DNA of 64,000 bases, taken from positions 2,481-66,480 of the forward strand of contig CANQIE010000002.1 in NCBI GenBank assembly GCA_947623935.1, given 5' to 3'. How positions within the stretch are numbered: the first letter of the stretch is position 1; the number at the start of each line of letters is the position of its first letter. A program made the translations under genes and the position numbers. The notes under the pieces were generated by a model that did not search any database, had not been told where the DNA came from, and was given only the letters and a program-made list of their open reading frames with translations. This document shows positions 38,776 through 48,348 of the stretch, one piece after another. The stretch comes from an uncultured Bacilli bacterium (GTDB lineage Bacteria; Bacillota_I; Bacilli_A; RF39; UBA660).

Positions 38776-39795
38776 ATGCAAATCGAAATCATCCAACAAA
38801 TTTTAAAACTCTTATCATTTAAGGACTACACTATAGATGCCATACAACAAAAAGTAATTATAGAAGAGGATCCTCGTGTAATCATTACCATAGATGATAA
38901 AAACATCGTAATTATGAATGAAAACATTCCTTTAGAAGTGATTTCTAAGATAAAAAGATATAGTCAAAATAAAATCTTCTTTAGTGAACTCTTAGGAAAA
39001 GGATGCTATACCCATATTACGGATAGCATTAAAAGTATTTTAATTATTTTGTCATATCTTAAAGATTATTATGACGAGATGGAAGGAAAAGACGCTACTT
39101 GTGTTCAAAAGATAGATGAGAATAAAACAAAACTAAATACCTGGCTATTAGAGCAAATGAATCCTTCGCTTACACTCGATGAATGGTTAAATACACAGTC
39201 CATGGATGTGGTAAAAAAAAGTATCAAAAACGATAACCGTACTACACTTGGAAGATATTTTCGAAAGACCTTAACGGACTTTGATAAAGCAGTTAATCCT
39301 TATCTAGACGCAAGTATTTCTTTAAAAGATTGTTTAGATATAGAAAAAATAGCCGATTTTGATTGGAATAAAGAAGGTATTTTGTTGCTTGGCTTCACGA
39401 ACCTTGAGAGTAATATCAAAACACGATTTCTTCGATCAAATTTACGCTTTTTGTGTCATTTTTCTATGGCTACAGATCCGAATCATAAAATTGAATTAGC
39501 GCATGATATTGTCACAGTACGTGGCGAAAAAGTAATCTTTTATTTAGAAAATAACGAACAAAAAGAAGAATATACCTATAATCTTACTGAGGGCACTATC
39601 GAAAAAGATGGAGTTGGTACCGATTCATTTCCATCTAGACCTATGACTCCTTTAGAGCGAGATCAACTATATGACCAATTGGTACAAGCTAAAAAAATGA
39701 TTGATGGAAACTTGATTCCAAAAATTCAAAAAGAAAATCCTGCTTTACAGTATGTGTACCGTAATCCTAAAACAAACAAAAGACCTACATCGTAG
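38776..39795 (+). CDS. hypothetical protein, paralog B (339 aa)
   Basis: Same RBS context. Shared motifs GRYFR..LTDFD and PMTPLERDQLYDQLVQ. Confidence 0.5.
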   Translation: MQIEIIQQILKLLSFKDYTIDAIQQKVIIEEDPRVIITIDDKNIVIMNENIPLEVISKIKRYSQNKIFFSELLGKGCYTHITDSIKSILIILSYLKDYYDEMEGKDATCVQKIDENKTKLNTWLLEQMNPSLTLDEWLNTQSMDVVKKSIKNDNRTTLGRYFRKTLTDFDKAVNPYLDASISLKDCLDIEKIADFDWNKEGILLLGFTNLESNIKTRFLRSNLRFLCHFSMATDPNHKIELAHDIVTVRGEKVIFYLENNEQKEEYTYNLTEGTIEKDGVGTDSFPSRPMTPLERDQLYDQLVQAKKMIDGNLIPKIQKENPALQYVYRNPKTNKRPTS

Positions 39796-39800
39796 GCCTT

Positions 39801-41171
39801 TTAAAATGTAATTTTTTCTTTGATATAATCTACCACTTCATCGAGCGGTAACGTAATTTGTTCCATAGTATCACGGAAACGAAGGGTAACCGTGTTGTTA
39901 TTAATCGTTTCATCATCAATGGTAATCGCAAAAGGTGTTCCAATGGCATCTTGTCTACGGTAACGTTTTCCAATATTTCCTGCTTCATCGTAGCTCGTCA
40001 TAAAATGTTTACTTAACATCGTATAGATTTCAGTTGCTTTTTCACTATGGAATTTCTTAACAAGCGGAAGGACTGCTACTTTGTATGGAGCAAGGAATGG
40101 ATGAAAGTGCATAACTTCTCTAGTAGAGCCATCTTCCAAAGTTTCTTCTTCATAACATTGGTCAAGAATGGCTAGGACAAGACGATCACATCCAACCGTG
40201 GATTCAATAATATAGGGAATATATTTTTCGTTCGTATCGGGATCCAAATACGCTTGTGATTCGGTCGAATATTCTTGGTGACGGCTTAAATCGTAATCCG
40301 TACGGTTATGCGTCCCATTGATTTCGCCCCAACCGAAGTTAAATTCGTATTCGATATCACACGCTTCTTTGGCATAATGAGCAAGTTTTTCATGATCGTG
40401 ATAACGAAGTTTTGCTTCAGGCAAACCTAAATCCATAAAATATTTTTTGGCATATTCTTTAAAATATTGGTAGAGCTCACTATCAGTTCCTTTTTTGCAG
40501 AACGTTTGGTATTCCATTTGTTCAAACTCAATGGTTCTAAAGGTAAAGTTTCCAGGGGTAATCTCGTTACGGAAGGCTTTTCCTACTTGACCAATACTAA
40601 ATGGAAGTTTAGACCGTGTAGATCGAGCTACATTTAAAAAGTTGACGTACTCTCCTTGCGCATTCTCGGGACGAAGATAAATTTTATTTTTACTGTCTTC
40701 GGTAACCCCACGATAGGTTTCAAACATCAAATTGAATTGACGAATTGAAGTAAAATCACTTTTACCACATTTGGGACAAGGTACTTGATGTTCTTTGATA
40801 TAAGCCATCATTTCGTCCTGTGTCATACCATCGGCATGAGCAGAGGAATCAAAATCATCGATTAAGTTATCGGCACGATGGCGCATCTTACAATATTTAC
40901 AATCAATTAAAGGGTCTGAGAAACTTGCCACATGACCACTTGCTTCCCATACTCTTGGATGCATGAGAATAGCCGCATCCACTTCATAGGCATTGGGACG
41001 TTCTTGAATAAATCTTTTACGCCACGTATCTTTAATGTTGTTTTTTAATCTACTTCCTAAAGGACCATAATCCCAAGTATTGGCAAGTCCTCCATAGATT
41101 TCACTTCCTTGGAAGATAAATCCGTACTGTTTACAGTAATTGACTAACTTTTCCATTGTTATTTTTCCCAT
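39801..41171 (-). CDS. glyQS: glycine--tRNA ligase (dimeric class II GlyQS)
   Basis: MEKLVNYCKQYGFIFQGSEIYGG. AGGAGGGATACC RBS. Lies 10 nt after the proS stop. Confidence 0.9.
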   Translation of the reverse strand: MGKITMEKLVNYCKQYGFIFQGSEIYGGLANTWDYGPLGSRLKNNIKDTWRKRFIQERPNAYEVDAAILMHPRVWEASGHVASFSDPLIDCKYCKMRHRADNLIDDFDSSAHADGMTQDEMMAYIKEHQVPCPKCGKSDFTSIRQFNLMFETYRGVTEDSKNKIYLRPENAQGEYVNFLNVARSTRSKLPFSIGQVGKAFRNEITPGNFTFRTIEFEQMEYQTFCKKGTDSELYQYFKEYAKKYFMDLGLPEAKLRYHDHEKLAHYAKEACDIEYEFNFGWGEINGTHNRTDYDLSRHQEYSTESQAYLDPDTNEKYIPYIIESTVGCDRLVLAILDQCYEEETLEDGSTREVMHFHPFLAPYKVAVLPLVKKFHSEKATEIYTMLSKHFMTSYDEAGNIGKRYRRQDAIGTPFAITIDDETINNNTVTLRFRDTMEQITLPLDEVVDYIKEKITF

Positions 41172-41181
41172 GGTATCCCTC

Positions 41182-42606
41182 CTAATACTGAATATCCCAG
41201 ACAACTAAATGTTTGGCAGGACGTCCACATACCACACAATTATCGTCAATAGGTTCAGCATCTTCTAAAATACAACGTGCTTTCGTTCCTTTGATTTCTT
41301 TCATCTTAACTTCACATGCTTCATCTCCACACCACATCGCTTTAACGAATCCTGGATGCGTATTGATAATGTTTTCGACTTCCTCAAAACTATGTGCTTC
41401 AAAGGTAAGACTATTTCTTCTATCTAGTGCACGATTATACATTTCTTTTTGCATTTGATCTAAAAGTTTTAAAACGACTTCTGCTATATTTTCGTCTTTT
41501 GCTACTTCGATCTTTTCTCTCGTGTCTCTTCGAACTAAGGTAACAACTCCTTTTTCAAGGTCACGGTCTCCTACTTCAATACGAACGGGAATGCCATTGA
41601 CTTCGGCTTCCGCAAACTTGAATCCTGCAGACTTCTCACTTCGATCGACGGAATAGATGATGCCTTTTTCTTCCAACTGACTTGCTACTTGATCGATATA
41701 GTTATTAACCGTATCGCTTTCTTTAATCGGAATAATGATAACGGGTTTAGGAGCAATTTTAGGTGGTAATACTAATCCATTATCATCACTATGCACCATG
41801 ATGAGTCCGCCAATCATACGAGTCGATACACCCCACGATGTTTGATAAGCATATTGCCAATTGTTGTTTCGGTCTAAGAATTTAATATCATAAGCTTTCG
41901 AAAACTTTTGTCCAAAATAATGACTGGTTCCGGATTGTAAAGATACCCCATTATACATTAAAGCTTCTACCGTTAAAGTGTATTCAGCTCCCGCAAATTT
42001 TTCTTTTTCCGTCTTTCTTCCCGTGATGACTGGAATCGCTAAATATTCTTCAAAAAACTTGCGATAGATTTCTAACATGCCTCGGGTTTCTTGCTCTGCT
42101 TCTTCGCTTGTTTCATGAATGGTATGACCTTCTTGCCACAAGAATTCTCTTCCTCGTAAAAAAGGACGTGTTTCTTTCTCCCAACGAAGCACATTGCACC
42201 ACTGATTATACTTGACCGGTAAATCACGATAACTTTTTACTAAGGTACTATAGTAATCACTAAAAAGGGTTTCGGAAGTTGGACGAATACACATCCGCTC
42301 CTCTAGTTCTTTGTCTCCCCCTTTGGTAACCCAGGCTACTTCAGGAGCAAAACCATTGATTAAGTCTCCCTCTTTACGCATCAAATTTTCTGGAATTAGT
42401 AAAGGCATACAAATATTTTGATGACCACTTTTCTTAAACATGCCATCCAATACTTTTTGCATGTTTTCCCAAAGCGCATAACCATTGGGTTCCATTACTA
42501 TACAACCTTTTACATTGGAATAAGATGCTAAATGTGCTGCTTGTACCACATCGGTATACCATTTAGCAAAGTCTTCATCCCGGGACGTAATACTCTTATT
42601 TTTCAT
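41182..42606 (-). CDS. proS: proline--tRNA ligase (archaeal/eukaryotic-type, with C-terminal zinc-binding)
   Basis: DFAKWYTDVV... class II motifs. The C-terminus has CVVCGRPAKHLVVW. Confidence 0.9.
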   Translation of the reverse strand: MKNKSITSRDEDFAKWYTDVVQAAHLASYSNVKGCIVMEPNGYALWENMQKVLDGMFKKSGHQNICMPLLIPENLMRKEGDLINGFAPEVAWVTKGGDKELEERMCIRPTSETLFSDYYSTLVKSYRDLPVKYNQWCNVLRWEKETRPFLRGREFLWQEGHTIHETSEEAEQETRGMLEIYRKFFEEYLAIPVITGRKTEKEKFAGAEYTLTVEALMYNGVSLQSGTSHYFGQKFSKAYDIKFLDRNNNWQYAYQTSWGVSTRMIGGLIMVHSDDNGLVLPPKIAPKPVIIIPIKESDTVNNYIDQVASQLEEKGIIYSVDRSEKSAGFKFAEAEVNGIPVRIEVGDRDLEKGVVTLVRRDTREKIEVAKDENIAEVVLKLLDQMQKEMYNRALDRRNSLTFEAHSFEEVENIINTHPGFVKAMWCGDEACEVKMKEIKGTKARCILEDAEPIDDNCVVCGRPAKHLVVWDIQY

Positions 42607-42797
42607 ATGTTCCTCCTAAAAAAATAAAAAGATCCTTACTTTTTTTGTAGAGACGAAATAACTTCCGCGGTTCCACTCTACTTATTCTATTAAGAATCTC
42701 TTTTTCTATATTGCTGATAGGTTTCCAAGCCCGTCATCGCATCAGTTACTAACATTTTATTATATTCTTTTGTTTTAGTCAAGCGAACAATTCCTTT
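42607..42797 (-). promoter_or_regulatory. T-box-like leader upstream of proS-glyQS
   Basis: On the minus strand, AGAGTGGAACCGCGG resembles the T-box core (GGGTGGNACCGCG). It is followed by a terminator-like stem and a T run (GTCTCTACAAAAAAAGTAAGGATCTTTTTATTTTTTT). Confidence 0.5.
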
Positions 42798-43781
42798 TTA
42801 TTTTAAGACTAAATGTTTTGCTTTCCATGTTTCAAACTCCACTCCTTCTTCTTCGGTTTCAATCTCCTCGTGATAATAATGCTTGGTAAACTCACCACAA
42901 GAACTGCCTACTTCCTTTCCAGGAGGGCTATAAGTTTTAATCCGTAAAGAAGGTATCTCTTTTTGAATCGAATAAACCCAAGATGTTTCGTTTTGGCTTC
43001 GTTCTAGTTCATGAATGGGATTAAAGCGAATGAATTTAATGGAAATCGGATATTGTTTTAATAAAGAAATCATAGCTTTCCGTTCCTCTTCTGTATCATT
43101 AACATTCGCAATTAAGGTGTAATGTATCTCCGTTGGATCTGTGGTTCTATGTAACCATTTATATTCACTTACTAAATCTGGCATTTGTTGAAAAGAAAAG
43201 CGATAGTCCATTAAAGACTTTAGAGCGTCTTCTACTGTTACTTTAGTACTGGGAATCAACTCTTTTCTTCTTTCATCAATTGGGGTATGAAGTGAAAAAT
43301 GTACCTTCAAAGGAATTCCTAATTTCAATACTAAATCATTTAACTTTTTCATGTTATCGTTTGGCATCATGGTTGAAATAGCATATCCTATATGACGATA
43401 ACCTAAGACTTCTTTTAAATAAGATTCTATCTTGTATACTTCTTCAATGAGTTCTAAATTTAAAAGCGGTTCTCCTACACCCATAAAAGAAATCAATAAA
43501 TTTTCTTTAGAGGTTCTTCTTTTTCCATCGATAGTTAATGTATCGATAAGACAAGGGATAAAATAATCTACCGTAATCGGTACCATCTCTTTATTTAGTC
43601 CTTTATTCGTCAAATGACACATTTTACATCCCAACGAACAAAAATGATGCGTAGGCACACAAACGACATCTTTATCTTCCTTATTAAATAATAAAGACAT
43701 TTCTATTATTTTTTTATCTTCTTCATAGACACTTTTTAAAGTACCATCATGAAAATCTTGAAATACACCTAATTTATGCAT
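42798..43781 (-). CDS. RlmN/Cfr-family radical SAM RNA methyltransferase lacking the N-terminal domain
   Basis: VCVPTHHFCSLGCKMC (a Cys plus CxxxCxxC), ISFMGVGEPLLN, VHFSLHTP, IRFNP and GSSCGEF all align with the RlmN motifs (LCVSSQVGCALECKFC / MGMGEPLLN / AISLHAP / IPWNP / AACGQL). The Cx3Cx2C sits at about residue 50 of this roughly 330-aa protein, much nearer the N-terminus than in E. coli RlmN. Confidence 0.7.
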   Translation of the reverse strand: MHKLGVFQDFHDGTLKSVYEEDKKIIEMSLLFNKEDKDVVCVPTHHFCSLGCKMCHLTNKGLNKEMVPITVDYFIPCLIDTLTIDGKRRTSKENLLISFMGVGEPLLNLELIEEVYKIESYLKEVLGYRHIGYAISTMMPNDNMKKLNDLVLKLGIPLKVHFSLHTPIDERRKELIPSTKVTVEDALKSLMDYRFSFQQMPDLVSEYKWLHRTTDPTEIHYTLIANVNDTEEERKAMISLLKQYPISIKFIRFNPIHELERSQNETSWVYSIQKEIPSLRIKTYSPPGKEVGSSCGEFTKHYYHEEIETEEEGVEFETWKAKHLVLK

Positions 43782-43833
43782 ATCTTTACTTCCCTTCTCC
43801 TTCATTATAGAAAGAATAAATCAAAAACTAAAA

Positions 43834-44727
43834 TTATTTTTTGGTGAGTCCTCTTTTTTGATATACAAATCTTTGCAAGGTAGGACTTGAATCAAATACT
43901 TCTGATTTAGAAGGTACCATGGAAGGCACTAATTCTTTTTTCATATAATTATTTAAATAATACTTCATAAAAGTGTTATAGAAATCATCATTGTAAGGAA
44001 TATTAAAGCGTTGAAACTGAATTCCTCCTAGTAAGGTTTCTGTTGCAAAAAGGGCTTTTTTCTCTTCATCTATCCACCATAAAACAGGTTCTACTTTTAC
44101 AAATAGCTTATCACCAAAACGACTTTCACATCCATTGGAAAGTACAATACTTCCATTTATTTCTAAATCAATATGATTATCGACATAGATATATTTTTGC
44201 CCCTTCTCAACATATTCTTTATATTCTTTTCCTTCAAAGGAAACATCTTCATTGCCATATTCTAGTCTTGTATTATCAAAGGTATACATTTTTCCAGTCG
44301 TAGGAAGTTCGTTAGAATCCAGTTTTTCTTTTAAAATAAATTGTTCGGAGTTCGAAGCTACTTTTTGAGGATACTCTAAAAAGGGAACTTGATATAAACC
44401 TGGTAGGATTTCAATTTTTTGATTTAAAAGAGATTCATAGAGATTGGAAGATGGAATTAAGAAAGGCCTTATGCCAGGATTTCTCATATAGCAAGCAACA
44501 TCAAACATTTTTCCTCTACTAAGAGCCCCCACGGAGTAATTATATAAAATTTCATAGCTATCAAAATCGTGCGCACTCGAGGTCCAAAAAGATCCTTTTT
44601 TATAAGCCCCTCTTAATAAAGCTAAATCAGTTACATGAGGAGTCTTTCCTTCGATTATAAAAAGTTTCTTAAAGAAAGATCGTTCACTATCCTCCTCTTT
44701 TATAAGCGTAAGTTCAAAATCGTCCAT
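43834..44727 (-). CDS. hypothetical protein, array paralog 5 of 5
   Basis: MDDFELTLIKEED...VTDLALLRG...FWTSS...LFVKVEPVLWWIDEEKK...LGGIQFQ. The start is 1 nt after the stop of the upstream paralog. Confidence 0.55.
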   Translation of the reverse strand: MDDFELTLIKEEDSERSFFKKLFIIEGKTPHVTDLALLRGAYKKGSFWTSSAHDFDSYEILYNYSVGALSRGKMFDVACYMRNPGIRPFLIPSSNLYESLLNQKIEILPGLYQVPFLEYPQKVASNSEQFILKEKLDSNELPTTGKMYTFDNTRLEYGNEDVSFEGKEYKEYVEKGQKYIYVDNHIDLEINGSIVLSNGCESRFGDKLFVKVEPVLWWIDEEKKALFATETLLGGIQFQRFNIPYNDDFYNTFMKYYLNNYMKKELVPSMVPSKSEVFDSSPTLQRFVYQKRGLTKK

Positions 44728-44728
44728 G

Positions 44729-45592
44729 TTATCTCTTCTTTCCATAGTTTTTATAAATTAGCCGCTTTAATGTCTCACTCGAATCAAAAACTTCGGATTT
44801 TTCCTTTATAACAGAAGGGATTAACTCTTTTTTCATATAGGTATCGAAATACTGTTTCATAAATGTATTATCAAAATCATCAAAATAAGGTTCATCATAT
44901 AATTGAAACTGAATGCCTCCTAAAAGCACTTTCGAAGAAATTAATCTTTCTTTTTTTAGATCCATCCACCATACGACTGGTTCTACTTTTACAAATAAAT
45001 TTTCACCTATGATCGTTTTGTGTCCATTAGAAAGATACGCGCTATTATAATAATGATTAGTATCTACATAAATATATTTTTGATTATTATAACTATATTC
45101 TTTATAAGCTTGTTCGCAAAAAGGAATATTAAGATTTTTAATTTCACTTGTAATTGCATCAAAGGTATAGACTTTACCGGTGGTAAAGAGTTTATTAGAG
45201 GCTAGTTTTTCTTTCAAGAGAACTTGTTCTTGCTCACCAACGACATCTTGAGGATACTCTAAAAAAGAAACCTGATAAAGACCTGATAAGATTTCTATTT
45301 TTTGCTTTAAAAGTTGATTCCATAAGGTGGAGGATGGAACTAAGACAGGAAGAATTCCAACATCCCTAACACTAGACCTTTCATGATCTTTTTCTGTATT
45401 CTTACCCAATATTCCAATTAAATCAGAAAATCCTAAAAAAGAGCTAGAGGTCCAAAAAGTACCTTTTTCATCTGCACCTCGTAAAAGAGCTAAATCGGTA
45501 ACGAAGGGATTTTTTTCTAGTTTTGAAATATATTTAAAAAGGGCTCTTTTCATCTCATTAAAAGTTAAAATCGTAAGTTCAAAGTCGTCCAT
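44729..45592 (-). CDS. hypothetical protein, array paralog 4 of 5
   Basis: Same family. Ends ...YKNYGKKR-stop, and those codons (GGAAAGAAGAGA) act as the RBS for the next gene. Confidence 0.55.
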   Translation of the reverse strand: MDDFELTILTFNEMKRALFKYISKLEKNPFVTDLALLRGADEKGTFWTSSSFLGFSDLIGILGKNTEKDHERSSVRDVGILPVLVPSSTLWNQLLKQKIEILSGLYQVSFLEYPQDVVGEQEQVLLKEKLASNKLFTTGKVYTFDAITSEIKNLNIPFCEQAYKEYSYNNQKYIYVDTNHYYNSAYLSNGHKTIIGENLFVKVEPVVWWMDLKKERLISSKVLLGGIQFQLYDEPYFDDFDNTFMKQYFDTYMKKELIPSVIKEKSEVFDSSETLKRLIYKNYGKKR

Positions 45593-45593
45593 G

Positions 45594-46454
45594 TTATCTC
45601 CTCTTTCCATAGTTTTTATAAATTAATCGCTTTAATGACTCACTCGAATCAAATATTTCTGATTTTTCCTTTATAACAGAAGGTCTCAAGTCTCTTTTCA
45701 TATAAGTGTCCAAATAATATTGTAGAAAAGTGCGTCGAAAGTTATGGTCATAAGCTTCTTCTCCACCTTGAAACTGAATACCTCCTAATAGAACTTTTGT
45801 TGAAATGAGGCGTTCTTTTTCCATATCCATCCACCATAAGACCGGTTCTACTTTAATAAATAGATTTTCACCCATGGTCGTTTCGTAGCCACTAGATAGA
45901 TATACACTATTATAACGGTTGGTATCAACATAAATGTATTTTTTATTTTTATAACTATATTCTGGATATTTTTTTCCTTGAAAAGAAACATATTCGCTTT
46001 CTGCTTCAAATGTTGCAGAATCAAACGTGTATACTTTACCGGTTGGAAGAAGTTCATTAGCATCTAGTTTTCCTTTTAAGAAAACTTGTTCTTGAATATT
46101 TGCAACATCTTGAGGATACTCTAAAAAAGAAACTTGATAAAGATGAGAGCCTATTTTTATTTTACTTTTTAAAAGTTGTTCCCATAAGGTTGAGGAAGAA
46201 ACAAGCACGGGAAGTATACCTATTCCTCTAGTACTAGACCTGTTAAAGTAACCCCCTCCTCCTTTAGTATTGGTAACGATAAAAAGAGTTGAGCCTAGAA
46301 AAGGACTAGAGGTCCAAAAAATACCATTTTCATTCGCATCTCGTAAAAGTGCTAAATCGGTAACGACATTAAGGTTTTCTAATTCTTTGAAATCTTTAAA
46401 AAAATCACTTTTGGTCTCTTGATAGGTTAAAATGGTAAGATCAAATTCATCCAT
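45594..46454 (-). CDS. hypothetical protein, array paralog 3 of 5
   Basis: Same family. MDEFDLTILTYQETK.... Confidence 0.55.
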   Translation of the reverse strand: MDEFDLTILTYQETKSDFFKDFKELENLNVVTDLALLRDANENGIFWTSSPFLGSTLFIVTNTKGGGGYFNRSSTRGIGILPVLVSSSTLWEQLLKSKIKIGSHLYQVSFLEYPQDVANIQEQVFLKGKLDANELLPTGKVYTFDSATFEAESEYVSFQGKKYPEYSYKNKKYIYVDTNRYNSVYLSSGYETTMGENLFIKVEPVLWWMDMEKERLISTKVLLGGIQFQGGEEAYDHNFRRTFLQYYLDTYMKRDLRPSVIKEKSEIFDSSESLKRLIYKNYGKRR

Positions 46455-46455
46455 G

Positions 46456-47331
46456 TTATCCCCTCTTTCCATATCTTTTATAAACTAATCGTTGTAATGT
46501 TTCACTAGAGTCAAACGTTTCTGATTTAGAAGGTACATTGAAAGGAATTAATTCTTTTTTCATATACGTATCCAAATATTTTTTTAAAAAAGCATCTGAA
46601 AAATTACCATGGTATTTCTTTTTACATTCTCGAAATGGAAGGCCTCCTAAAAGGACTTTAGATGAAATAAGGCGTTCTTTTTCCATATCCATCCACCATA
46701 GAACAGGCTCCACTTTCACAAATAATTTTTCATCAAAGTAACTTAGATTATGGGTTGATAGACGTATAGTATAATTTTGAAGTAGAGTATAATTTTGAAG
46801 TGCATCGACATAAATATATTTTTGATTTTGATAACTATATTCTGGATACGCTAGTCCTTTAAAAGGTATATATTCAAATCTTGGGTCAACCGTTACCGAA
46901 TCAAACGTATAAACTTTACCGGTCGGCAGTAGTTCATTAGAAGTTAACTTTTCTTTTAAAAGTGCTTGTTCTTGATCTTTTACTGCTTCTTGAGGATATT
47001 CTAAAAAAGAAACTTGATAACGATTAGAATCTATCTCTATTTTACTTTTTAAAAGTTGTTTCCACATAGTTAAGGATGGAACAAGAACGGGAAGGATTCC
47101 TACTGCTCGATCATTAGTACAATTAGAGGAACCTGTTCCTCCTTTATTATTCGTCTTAATAATATTATTAGAGAGACTAACACTCGAAGTCCAAAAAATG
47201 CCCTCGCTTGGTGCTCCCCTCATAAGAGCTAAATCGGTAACTTCATTATTTTCCTGCAGTTCTAGATAGGTTTTAAAATGATATTTTTTTGTTTCACGAT
47301 AAGTTAAAATTGTAAGTTCAAAGTCGTCCAT
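46456..47331 (-). CDS. hypothetical protein, array paralog 2 of 5
   Basis: Same family. The start is the MDDFELT Met preceded by AGAGAGGATAAC. Confidence 0.55.
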   Translation of the reverse strand: MDDFELTILTYRETKKYHFKTYLELQENNEVTDLALMRGAPSEGIFWTSSVSLSNNIIKTNNKGGTGSSNCTNDRAVGILPVLVPSLTMWKQLLKSKIEIDSNRYQVSFLEYPQEAVKDQEQALLKEKLTSNELLPTGKVYTFDSVTVDPRFEYIPFKGLAYPEYSYQNQKYIYVDALQNYTLLQNYTIRLSTHNLSYFDEKLFVKVEPVLWWMDMEKERLISSKVLLGGLPFRECKKKYHGNFSDAFLKKYLDTYMKKELIPFNVPSKSETFDSSETLQRLVYKRYGKRG

Positions 47332-47332
47332 G

Positions 47333-48181
47333 TTATCCTCTCTTTCCATATCTTTTATAAACAAGGCGTTGTAGATTTTCATTTGAATCAAAAACTTCCG
47401 ATTTAGAAGGCACATTGAAAGGAATTAATTCTTTTTTCATATATGTATCCAAATATTTTTTTAGAAAGGTATCTGAAAAATTACCATTGTATTTCTTTCC
47501 GCATTCTTGAAATGGAATGCCTCCTAAAAGTACTTTAGATGAAATAAGGCGTTCTTTTTCCATATCCATCCACCATAAAACAGGCTCCACTTTCACAAAT
47601 AAGTTTTCACCAAAATGGCTTACATTATTGGTTGATAGAAGTATAGTATAATTTTGAAATGTATTGACATAGATATATTTTTGATTTTCATAAATATATT
47701 CTTTATACGCTAGTCCTATAAAAGGAAGATGACGATTTTCCCAATGTACTGAATCAAAGGTATAGACTTTACCGGTCGGCAGTAATTTATTAGAAGTTAA
47801 CTTTTCTTTTAAGAACGCTTGTTCTTGTTCTTTTACCGCCTCTTGAGGATATTCTAAAAAAGAAACTTGATAACGATTAGAATCTATCTCTATTTTACTT
47901 TTTAAAAGTTGTTTCCACAAAGATAAGGATGGGACAAGAACAGGAAGAATTCCCATTTCTCGATCACTAGTCCAAGTAAAGGAACCTTCTCCTCCTTTAT
48001 TATTCGTCATAATATAATTAGTATGATTAATACTTGAAGTCCAAAAAACGCCTTCGCAATGCGCTGCTCTCATAAGGGCTAAATCGGTAACTTCATTATT
48101 TTCCTTTAATTCTTGAGGGGTTTTAAAATGATATTTTTTCGTATCTTCGAAAGTTAAAATCGTAAGTTCAAAGTCATCCAT
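47333..48181 (-). CDS. hypothetical protein, array paralog 1 of 5 (the promoter-proximal one)
   Basis: Same family. It is preceded by a 167-nt intergenic region and a terminator from the upstream yfhO-like gene. Confidence 0.55.
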   Translation of the reverse strand: MDDFELTILTFEDTKKYHFKTPQELKENNEVTDLALMRAAHCEGVFWTSSINHTNYIMTNNKGGEGSFTWTSDREMGILPVLVPSLSLWKQLLKSKIEIDSNRYQVSFLEYPQEAVKEQEQAFLKEKLTSNKLLPTGKVYTFDSVHWENRHLPFIGLAYKEYIYENQKYIYVNTFQNYTILLSTNNVSHFGENLFVKVEPVLWWMDMEKERLISSKVLLGGIPFQECGKKYNGNFSDTFLKKYLDTYMKKELIPFNVPSKSEVFDSNENLQRLVYKRYGKRG

Positions 48182-48312
48182 GAAGATTCCTCCTTTAAAA
48201 TGTTTTATAATAGAAAGTATTTAAAATTTCCACTTCATCGGTTGATAGTAAATATAAGCTTTCTTTAACCATGAAATCACTTTCTTTATATGGTTTCTTA
48301 TTATATATAAGA

Positions 48313-48340
48313 AAAAGAGATAAGTCAATTTATCTCTTTC
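48313..48340 (-). terminator. rho-independent terminator (AGAGATAA-gtcaat-TTATCTCT)
   Basis: 8-bp perfect stem with a T-rich tail on the minus strand, just after the stop of 48349..51054. Confidence 0.55.
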
Positions 48341-48348
48341 GTAAAAAA

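Noticed and set aside
39220-39232. A8 run inside 38776..39795, and other poly-A/T runs of 7-9 nt scattered through the window
   Set aside because: Poly-A/T runs are expected by chance at this base composition. Unlike the four G9 tracts, they are not positionally conserved relative to promoters.
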